From Octopus vulgaris (taxonomy: Eukaryota), in NCBI GenBank assembly GCA_951406725.2, contig OX597815.1:185318001-185382000 (forward strand): a stretch of 64,000 nucleotides of DNA, written 5' to 3'. The translations under genes were made by a program, and so were the position numbers. The notes under the pieces are model-generated. The model searched no databases and was not told the origin of the DNA. It worked only from the letters and a program-made list of their open reading frames with translations. The stretch's first letter is position 1. The number at the start of each line of letters is the position of its first letter. This document shows positions 53,313-64,000 of this stretch, in pieces.

Positions 53313-54413
53313 CCATGCATTTATATATACAAGCATACATACATATATGTATGCAAGCAAACCTACATACATGAATACATACCTACATACGCACATGCTA
53401 ACATTCATACATGATACATGCATGCATACATAAATGCGTACATACATACAGGCATAAATGCTTACATGAAAGCAAGCATACATACACTCATCCATGCATA
53501 CATACATATACACATCCATGCATGCATGCATACATACATACATACATACATACATACATGTATACATACGTACGTACATACATACATGCATACATGCACA
53601 CATGCATACGTACGTACATACATGCATGCATGCATACATACATGCATGAATGCATGCATACATACATACATACATACATACATACATACATACATACATA
53701 CATACATACATACATACATGCATATCTGCTTCAAGATTCAGAAGGCAAAATCAAATATTCCGTTGATATGACAAATGGTTTTGACTTCATTTTCAGAATA
53801 TTTTTTCATGTATTGGCTTAGCAGAAAATCTAACATTATGCCAACAGATGTGACTGAACACACCTCCTCAGAAACGCTACATTTTTATTGTGTTCATGCT
53901 GTTGGAATGAATTCGCCTGTTAAAATCGAAGACAAGATTATTCTCCATTTTGCAACAAATGGCATAGCTCGTATAAAATTATTCTCAAGGTAGTAATTTC
54001 CTCTATCAGCTGTCATCGAATTGTGACACGAGGGACTTCATCTCTTGTGAAGTGAAGCATGCTGTAAAAAGAAGGGACGTTAGATTTGATGTAGCATAAA
54101 ATGAAGAGCGATTGTATATTTGTACAATTGTAATGTCGGTGAGAGAAAGCAAAGATCCTCAAACGAAATACAACGCTGCTGAGATAGGGAAATGTCGACA
54201 AGTTGGCTGTTCCTCATTTTATACCACGCTTTCTCGCACACGCTTATATAAGTTCTCTGTCTCTCTCACAACAAACACATAAATTCAAATACATGTGTGT
54301 GTATATGTATATATATATATATATATATCTAATATATATATATAATATATGTGCATATATATATATGTATATATGTATATATATGTATATATATATATAT
54401 GTATATATATATG

Positions 54414-54500
<87 letters not shown>

Positions 54501-55234
54501 GTGTGTATATATGTATATATATGTATGTATATATATGTATATATGTATGTATATATATGTATATATATGTATGTATATATATGTATATATGTATGTATAT
54601 ATATGTATATGTATGTATATATATGTATATATGTATGTATATATATGTATATATATTTATGTATATATATGTATATATATATATGTATGTATGCATATGT
54701 ATATATATATATGTATGTATATGTATCTATGTATCTATGCATCTATGTATAGTATATGTATATATATATGTGTATATATATATATATGTCTATATATACA
54801 TGTATACATATATACATATATATATATAAATACGTCTATATATACATGTATACATATATACTGATTCTTATCTGGTATTATAGCTGGAATTAAGTGCTTT
54901 AAACACTTTTTTTCTCGATCTTATATTTTCCGACATAAACAAGTTTTCGTTACAGCGAATGTTTTTATAACGCACTAATTTCATCACATTGGAATGTCAC
55001 CTTTATACACGTGCAAGTGTGATATATACGTGTGTACGTATGACTACGTATGTTATTTGTGTGTGCGTAAACATATATATATTATTTATTATTTTGTATA
55101 ATATATATATATATTATTTATTATTTTGCACTTGCTTAATTATTGGTATATGTTTTATCGTATATTTAATTTTTTTCTATAGGGTATGATTTAATTATAC
55201 CATTGTTGAATTGCTACATGGTTGTTCTTCTCTA

Positions 55235-55276
<42 letters not shown>

Positions 55277-55279
<3 letters not shown>

Positions 55280-56236
55280 TTTATATAAATAAGGATAAAA
55301 TCGTTATTTTAAATACCGATCATAACAAGTGGCTAGCATGGGAATAAAATCCACATAAGTAATGATTATTATTAAAATTATAATTAAGGGTATCTAAAAG
55401 AAGTCATCATGCTAGATATAGCAGTCAAAACTTGACTCTAAAACCACATTAAATATTCATAAAGCACCAGGAGAGAAGACAAAATGACAAAATAAACTAG
55501 CAAAAACTTATTGCATAATTCCAGATGCCGGATTTCTGACTTTGCATAAGAAATGCTTTGTCTCATCAGTGGAATATATACAAAATAGTACATAAATGCA
55601 AATATATGTATACAACCTACGGATACTTACATATACGCACGTATACACACATATATAGGCACGTATGCACACGACCAGTTTAAATTGTCCGCCTAAACCC
55701 CACGTGCTATATAGTCAAAATACCACTGCAATGAATATAATGACGAAATAAATATATAAATTTATATAAATAAAGATAAGATCGTTATTTAAAATACCGA
55801 TTATATGAAGGGGCTAGCATGGGAATAAAAACCTTATAGGTAATAATTAATATTATTCGTCATCATATTCACTGCGGTGGTATTTTGACTATATAGCAAG
55901 TGGAGTTTAGGCGGACAATTTAAACTGGTCGTGTGCATATATATTTGTGTATACATGCGTATATGTAAGTATTCGCATGTTATATATATATATATTTATA
56001 TATGTAATTGTATTTATGTACTATTTTGTGTATATTCCACAGATGAGGCAAAGCATTTCTTATGCAAAGTCAGAACTCCGGGATCTGGCATTATCCAATA
56101 ATTTTTTACTAGTTTATTTTGTCTCTTTGTCTTCTCTCCTTGTGCTGTGTATATATTTAATGTGGTTTTAGAGTCAAGTTTTGACTGCTATATCTAGCAT
56201 GATAGTATCTTTTAGATACCCTTAATTATAATTTAA
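55277..56236. mobile_element. PLE-like non-coding element, A-B-A'-inverted B', carrying hammerheads, between (TA)n tracts
   Basis: 55277-55370 recurs directly at 55758-55848; 55373-55747 is the reverse complement of 55853-56236. Confidence 0.85.
55518..55575 (-). ncRNA. Type I hammerhead ribozyme
   Basis: Minus strand: ATTCCA-CTGATGA-GACAAAGCATTTCTTATGCAAAGTCA-GAAA-TCCGGCATC-TGGAAT; 6-bp stem I. The plus-strand counterpart near 56034-56092 has a mutated core (CAGATGA, GAAC). Confidence 0.8.
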
Positions 56237-56246
56237 ATATATACAT

Positions 56247-56301
<55 letters not shown>

Positions 56302-56884
56302 GTATAATTTCATATCCTAAATTCGAATCTTATATCGTAAATATGTAAGATTTGGATCATTTTAAGTCTTAATATACAAGCGACCCTTATATAAGAAGCA
56401 TACTACACATACCTTCACATATCCACAGGCCTAGATTGGTAAAAATATTGAAAAAATATGAGGTGCAAGAATTCTCTATCATATTTAACAATTTCAACAT
56501 ATTATTTCAGCGGGACGCTAAATTAGACGCTACCTTGGATTATACAAAAACATACGAAAAGAAAACGAAATGGATAATTAAATAAGAAACTGTAAAACTT
56601 GCTTCTCGGGTTATTACATTTTCTATTCCACTCGAATGTTTTTACTACCTTGTCACCTACATAATTATATTTTTGGAGGCAATTCTTAAACGGATTACGA
56701 ACAGCTGCTCTATTTTAGAAAGAAGGAAATGAAACGGGCAAATATAAAGTGCAAAATTCACTTATTTCAAGATTCTTATACACACATATATATGCTCTTA
56801 TAATATGTATATACGTATATATCTACATGTAAATATATATATATATATAAATAATATATATATAAATATTTATATATATATAAA

Positions 56885-56944
<60 letters not shown>

Positions 56945-56988
56945 CAGAAAGACAGAGAGAGAGTTTTTGGAGTGATGTACAGATACAG

Positions 56989-57210
56989 TATATTTAGAAT
57001 AATAAGGTTGTCAGAATGTTAGATGATTATATATACACATATATTTTTCTTTACACTTTATTTACATTTTTACCGCTTTCTATCAAAAAAGAAAATAAAA
57101 AACAGAAAATTCTTTATAAAAAGGCCAAGAAATTTAAATTTGAATCATTAAAAAAATTTTTTTTTTAATCCGAAAACGGAAGAAAGCGCTAAAAATGTGA
57201 ATAGGATGTA

Positions 57211-57258
<48 letters not shown>

Positions 57259-57300
57259 TATTTATAATCACCGAATATTCTGACTACCTTATTATTCTAA

Positions 57301-57304
<4 letters not shown>
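56989..57304. repeat. Diverged fold-back/MITE-like inverted repeat
   Basis: tatttagaataataaggttgtcagaatgtt vs aatattctgactaccttattattctaaata; inner tttacatttttaccgctttct vs agaaagcgctaaaaatgtgaa. Confidence 0.7.
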
Positions 57305-57336
<32 letters not shown>

Positions 57337-57493
57337 GTGCGTGGAATAGGTGGGCGTGTGCATACAAACTTTGTATGGAAAGACTGAGATGGGAGTACTA
57401 ATGTACAGTGTGAAAGAATTGTGTATGGGTTATTGGAACTGAATGTGCATGACAAATGCTTATATGCGTGTATACTTACATACATACATACAT

Positions 57494-57525
<32 letters not shown>

Positions 57526-57721
57526 GTATGTATATATACACATATATATATACATATACAGATACATATATGTATATATATATATATATATATATAGGTA
57601 TATTCCTATGTATATATACACACAGACACACTCACACATATGCATACTTCACATTTATGTAAACATGTGTATGTATATATATAGAGAGAAACAGACAGAC
57701 AGGTAGGTAGGTAGGTTTAAA

Positions 57722-57754
<33 letters not shown>

Positions 57755-59181
57755 AATGTGTGTGAGTGTTTGTACGCATGTGTTTGGTGGGTGAGATCAT
57801 GTGTATATAGAAAAAAGAGATTTTCGATAAGATATGGAGAGCCTCTATTGAATTCCGGATTCTGGAATCGTATCTCTTTTGAAAAAAGACTTCTCTTCCA
57901 AACAAAGAATTCTCCATAATAATGGAAGATCTCGTTTAGAACGTGTTTGTATTAAACAGAAAAACCACTACAGGTTCAGTATCGCCATCTAATGTTCCTT
58001 ATAATAATGCCTTCAATCACTATTTGACTGATTTTATGTCAATGTTCGATTTCCCCCCTCTCTCTCTCTCTCTCCATCTCTTTCTCCTCTTCCCCACTTT
58101 TCTCTCCCTCCCCCCTCTCTCTATGTCTGCCTTCCTTTCACCAGATATATACACACACGCATATATATACACATATACATATATACATATATTCATATAT
58201 ATATATATATATGTACATACATATCTATATATATAAGTATATATAATATATATGTGTGTGTGCGTGTCAACGAAACGTGAGAGAGAGAGAGAGAGAGAGA
58301 GAGAAGGAACTAAGCATTTCCTTGTTTTCTTCACCTCGCCTCCTCTTTTCTTTCATTAACGCTGCGAGAGTTCTTGTCATTCTGGTTTCATGTTGGTCTG
58401 ACACTTGTTTGTAACTTGTCTGAAAAGACACCAGAGTCGAGGCTCAACAAATAGTAAAGAAATACGGAGATCGATAATAAAACAGCGTCCATTGTTGATC
58501 TTTACCCCCCCTCCCCCGAATTGCTTATTGACTTCTCTGATGGGGTGAGGGAGGGGAGAATTGAAAAGAATTACCAAGAAAGCTGATACGTACAAACATA
58601 CTTCTGTGTATGTGAATGTATACATACACATGTGCACACCATTGCGCATATCTTATACATATATGTCTGAATATGCATCTATATACACACACACACACAT
58701 ATACACATGTGTATGTATATACATATATGTATATGTATGCATCTATACATCTATGTATAATATGAACATATGTATATGGGTATGCATTTGCATATATGTG
58801 TGTGTATGTATGTAAGTATGTATGTGTGTATATATCTGTGTGTGTACATATATATATACATATATAATTCATTCACATATATGTATGTATATATATATAT
58901 GCATATATATATGTGTATGTATATATACGTGTGTATATATGTGTGTATTTATATGTATATATATATGTGTATATATGTATATGTATGGATATATGTATAT
59001 GTGTGTATATATGCATATATATATGTAGGTATATATATATCTATGTATATATGTATATAAATATATGTATATATATATATATGTATATATGTATATATAT
59101 GTATATATGTATATATACATATATGTATATGTGTATTTATGTATATGTATATATGTATGTTTATATGTATATATAATTACG

Positions 59182-59214
<33 letters not shown>

Positions 59215-59665
59215 GTATATATATATATATACATGTGTATATATCTATATGTAAGTACATTTATATATATGCTCATACACACTCACATATACAACACACA
59301 AAATTACAAACTCTGACTTACAAATATAAACACAAAACTGGTAAATTTTTAAGTAAGGCAGATAGAGAGGAAATAGAAAATAAGATAAGAGATATGAAAA
59401 AGAACACAAAAGGAAGAATGAGTGAATGAATAAATAAATGAATGCACGAACGAACGAATAAAAGAATACAAGAATGAACGAATGAATGAATGGTTGTAAA
59501 CTCGGTGTCAGACTGGAGACCGAATTCCATTACCTGAGGATATTTGCAAGGAAGTAAAATGTGAAGAAACTGCAAGGGCGTGGAAGTGTGTTTATACAAA
59601 GATTGCGCACTCATTCATGCACTGAAACACACCAGCATATAATCAATGCACACGCACACACACGC

Positions 59666-59702
<37 letters not shown>

Positions 59703-59815
59703 CATGTATGTATTTATGTATGCACATATGCCTTTATTCCTTCGCTGTGAACGCCCCTGAATTTTTGTTTTTTTTACTATTTGAATTTGTCGTTTTCTAT
59801 TGATTTGCTGAATGA

Positions 59816-59921
<106 letters not shown>

Positions 59922-59965
59922 CAAAAATACTAGTTCTAAAATCTTCCTGAGAGATTTTAGAACTA

Positions 59966-60005
<40 letters not shown>

Positions 60006-60046
60006 TTCTATCTATCTATATATATATATCTATCTATCTATCTATC

Positions 60047-60078
<32 letters not shown>

Positions 60079-60149
60079 TAGATAGATAGATAGAAATGTA
60101 GTATATATATATATATATATAATAGATAGATAGATAGATAGATAGAAAT

Positions 60150-60181
<32 letters not shown>

Positions 60182-62063
60182 CTAGCATATATAACTAGCA
60201 TATATACACACATATCTATCTATCTGTGTGTTTGATGTGTGTGTGTATACAGATATACACTTACACATATAATTGTATGTAAGAGAAATAAAGATATAAA
60301 TACGGTTTCAAATTTATGCTTTGATTCACTTACGTTTGCGACTCTAAGTTGAAATAAAAGAAGAGGAATTGAGAAGAAAACTCTTCCTTTCAGGGATAAA
60401 TGAAAGATAATTTCATAGAGAAAGATAAAACAAAGTTAATGTGAGAGATAGAGAAAGAAATGATACGATAAGCGAGGGTAAAAATGGAACAATGTAGGCT
60501 TGCAATATCTTCTAATATCCTTTTTTTCGGGCATTTTATTTTGCCTTTTCTTAAGTCATTTTTTTTCTCTAGCAATAACTAGTTATGGACCGAGGTATTA
60601 TCTTTTCAAGTTCACTTACAGATTCACTTTTACTTGTCATTTTTCTCTTTATATGTATTTGTTTTGTTTTGTTTTGTTTTTTTTCTTTTCTTTTTACCAT
60701 TTTCTTATATTCATATTGTTTTTCTTCTACTTTTCCGTCGTAAAATCTTTGTGTTTTATAAACATTGAAATACATCTCAAAGGAATTGGGTCACAGTCAT
60801 ATTAAATTGATGAACGCTGAAACAAAACAAATATCATTTCTTATACGTTCGTTCATACATACATACATACATACATACATACATACATACATACGTACAC
60901 ACATACATACATGTATGTATGTAAGCATGCACATATATATACATGTGTGTATATTTATATGTATAGTATATATAGACAGATAGTTTTATACTGAGGTAGG
61001 GCAATAAATAGCGAGATAACTGGATAAATACAAAGATATAGATATTGTAGTAGATATTTAATTATAGCCGATTTAATATTTCGGTTGGTTGGCTGGCTTG
61101 CTGGATGGCTCTCTCGCTGATTGGTTGATTTTTCTCAGTCACAGTTTACATTGTATCAGGAGAAGAAAGAGAGAGTAAAAGAGCGATACAAGAGGTCTAG
61201 ACCTAAGAGGTACAGGAAAATACACAGTTTTAAAGTTATGTTCAACAGAAATTGGTTTTCGAAGGAACAGATGACAATCATGCTGATAAAATCTAGAACA
61301 ACATCATATGTATTGCAAATATACAATGAGCTTTAATTTAACGTTTTTATTTCAGTGTAATAAATATTTTTGTACTGAAAATTCATTTCACCATTTTGTA
61401 TATGCTCAAATAAATTTGATAGTGCTTGGGCGTGTGCCATATTTCTTGATATAACCCATGGTAGCAATGTTATACTTCAAAAGTTACCCATCACATGAGA
61501 CGTAATCTGGGTTATAACCTTATAGTGTGCTCTCCAAAAGTCCTCTCCGGTAACGGCAACCAAATGTTATTATACAGGACTTCTCCTCTTACTTATGTAG
61601 AAATCTGCAAAGATTCGTAGAATATAAACAGAACGTATTTTATTTAATACGTGAAGCTGGCTTGAGTAGGCATTGATATAAACCATTACAATTGTTTCAG
61701 TACATCATTATCAGCTGTTAATTGGTGAATGCTATATACATTATACACAATATTGTATTGATATGATTCAAATGTAGCTGCTGTCTCGGGTGACCGGAGT
61801 CAAAGCACATCATTGTTGCCGTACACATTCACTAGCTTTCTAGCAAAGGTGTCTAATGCTCTTGGCTTAAACATTTTGTGGGACAACTAGATCGAATCAT
61901 CTGTCCGAAATGGTTGTAACTTCTGGTACTTGACTGATGAAAGAAAGCCAAGAATTACCCGTCTATTTTTTGCCCGTCCTTCTAATTGTTGTATCTCTTG
62001 CCCGCCTTTGTGTCTTCTATCTGTTCGAAAGTTTTAATGCCCACTGTTGCGTTTTTATTCCAC

Positions 62064-62118
<55 letters not shown>

Positions 62119-62384
62119 GGGGGGGTGTATGTATGTATGTATGTATGTATACCAAGTTACGGTACATAGAAATGCTCGGGTTGGTGCCCGAAGTCGTAGT
62201 AAGCCCTTGGGAGTGAGGGACCCCTAGTCTTTATTAAGGCATCCCTCTAGGAGAAGGCTAACTCGTGTATAACACTCGCTGGTCTACTGAGCCGGATATC
62301 TTGCACATTGCATGTCTCTAGGACTGCCCTGACGTATACATCAAAAGCGTGTCAGAACCAGCAGGTATCCACTCCTATAAAAAC

Positions 62385-62545
62385 AATGGATACTGGTGGA
62401 ACATTCCCAATAAAAACACAAAAACACCAATTCGGTGCAAACAAAACAGACTGGATATTGTTCTGTGACGGAAAACAAATATTACGCAGTGTTGTAGAAT
62501 TCAGCTGCCCAGCAGATGTGAATGTACACTCACAAGTCTAGTAAA
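62385..62545 (+). pseudogene. REL-endonuclease fragment of an R4-like non-LTR element (frameshifted)
   Basis: YWWNIP..., KQNRLDIVL, VVEFSCPADVNV, resembling WW...HNRPDIVL...IEFSCPxDxNV. Confidence 0.65.
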
Positions 62546-62704
62546 GTAAAATAAATTAGTGTAAATTAAATAGATTGGATAAATAAATTAAATATAGTAA
62601 ATATATTAATTTAATTAGTGTTTAATTTCAAATAGAAGCTATAAGAAAGGTGAAACGGGAAAATATAAGTTGTGGCTTTTGAAAATTAGGTGTTGTTATA
62701 CAGG

Positions 62705-62992
62705 TTAAGGAATTTGAACTCAGAACATAAAGACAGGCGAAATACCGCTAAGCATCTCGCCCGGTGTGCTAACGTTTCTTCTTTCTTTATTGCCCACAAG
62801 GGGCTAAACATAGAGGGGACAAACAAGGACAAACAAACGGATTAAGTGCGTGACTGGAACTTAATTTATCGACCCCGAAAGGATGAAAGGTAAAGTCGAC
62901 ATGGACGGAATTCGAACTCAGAACGTAACGGCAGACGAAATACTGCTAAGCATCTCGCCCGGCGTGCTAACGTTTCTGCCAGCTCGCCGCCT
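62705..62992 (-). mobile_element. SINE family B
   Basis: Reverse complement of head aaggcggcgagctggcagaaacgttagcacgccgggcg plus the Nin-like domain. Confidence 0.85.
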
Positions 62993-63569
62993 TCGTTGAT
63001 TTTATATTGTACTGGATATGTCATTAAACTGCATCCGGTGGTGGGGTTCCGGTTCGAAATTTCTGGATTTGTGGTGTCTATAGAATCACCCTTTATTACC
63101 ATTACTCCTAGATCTATTCTGGTACTTATCAGTGTCCCTTTCATGGCTCAATTAGATTTTCCAGCATTAGAGGAGGCTTCTGTTGTTTTTGACGAAGCCT
63201 TGGCGAAGCAGCATTTTTAGAAGACCGATACTCTGACATAAAACTTGCAGTCAAAATAGTACCATTCTTTTATCAATACTTATCACGGAAGCTACTATGG
63301 CGATGAAAGAGTGGCAAAAGTGTTGTGCTTTTGCCACTTAAATCCAGTGACGTAGAGATGTCTGTCTGTCATTTCATTTCTTGATCCGTTTCATATCTTA
63401 TAAAGTCCTAAGGCGATGGACGCATGGCGAAAATTCATATCTGCGCACATTCAAGGATGAAAGCAAAACAGAACATTCAACGTGAATGCGAGACGGTTAT
63501 CATGTAATAATATGAAGCAATCATCATCCTCATCGTCATCATCATTAACATATATATATGTGTGTGTGT

Positions 63570-63780
63570 GGAGACGCGTGGCTTAGTGGTTAGGGTGTCA
63601 GAACCATGATCGTAAGATTGTGGTTTCGATTCCTGGACCGGGCGACGCGTTGTGTTCTTGAGGAAAACACTTCATTTCACGTTGCTCCAGTCCACTCAGC
63701 TGACAAAAATGAGTAACACTGCGATGGACTGGCGTCCTGTCCAGCTGGGGAACACATACGCCCATGAGCCTGGCTAGGCT
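63570..63780 (+). mobile_element. SINE family C
   Basis: Near-identical to 37349-37595. Confidence 0.85.
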
Positions 63781-63789
63781 ATCATTCGC

Positions 63790-63981
63790 CATGATGGATC
63801 GCTAGCCTCTATACATTTTTTATTTTCTCTCCTTGTTTCTTTCTGTGTTTCTTTCTGTGGAAGAGCGTAGGCTTGAAACGTTAAAGACTTTTTCACTTCC
63901 CGAGCGTTATACTAATACATCTGTTTGTTGTCTACACCACTTGTCTTCAGCTTTTGTTTTTTTCTGTGAATTCTCCCCTAT
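63790..63981 (+). mobile_element. Second copy of the ~195 bp element; minimal hammerhead with CUGUGGA core
   Basis: TCTTT-CTGTGGA(63855-61)-AGAGCGTAGGCTT-GAAA(63875-78)-CGTT-AAAGA. Confidence 0.75.
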
Positions 63982-64000
63982 ATACATATATATATATATA

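Noticed and set aside
52650-54240. Unique islands (52650-52990, 53730-54240) as possible host exons
   Set aside because: Splice-like motifs exist, but there is no recognisable protein similarity; cannot be supported without transcript data.
63180-63340. Possible mariner C-terminal remnant and short hairpin (gtggcaaaag/cttttgccac)
   Set aside because: Similarity is too weak and frame-broken to call.

Overview
AT-rich, microsatellite-saturated eukaryotic DNA with no host gene I can support. The SINE families look like octopus (coleoid cephalopod) repeats; this is an inference. Bases 1040-9031 recur almost identically at 9132-17241 across a 100-N gap, which is probably an assembly overlap. The window is a retroelement landscape: three tRNA-headed or Nin-domain SINE families, a young CR1/L2-group LINE 3' fragment whose tail matches the commonest SINE, R4/Dong-type and HERO-type restriction-like-endonuclease fragments, and mariner, Tigger-like and Helitron-like remnants. 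The most notable signal is a set of about 8-10 elements, mostly unrelated in sequence, sitting in or beside (TA)n or other AT-rich tracts and carrying type I hammerhead ribozyme motifs, several as inverted (fold-back) pairs. One retains a Penelope-like GIY-YIG endonuclease ORF (18162-19037). Several hammerheads have very long stem II regions (60-82 nt), and two families share a non-canonical CUGU(G/A)GA core. Most repetitive ORFs in the track are microsatellite artefacts. Element boundaries were read by eye and are approximate.
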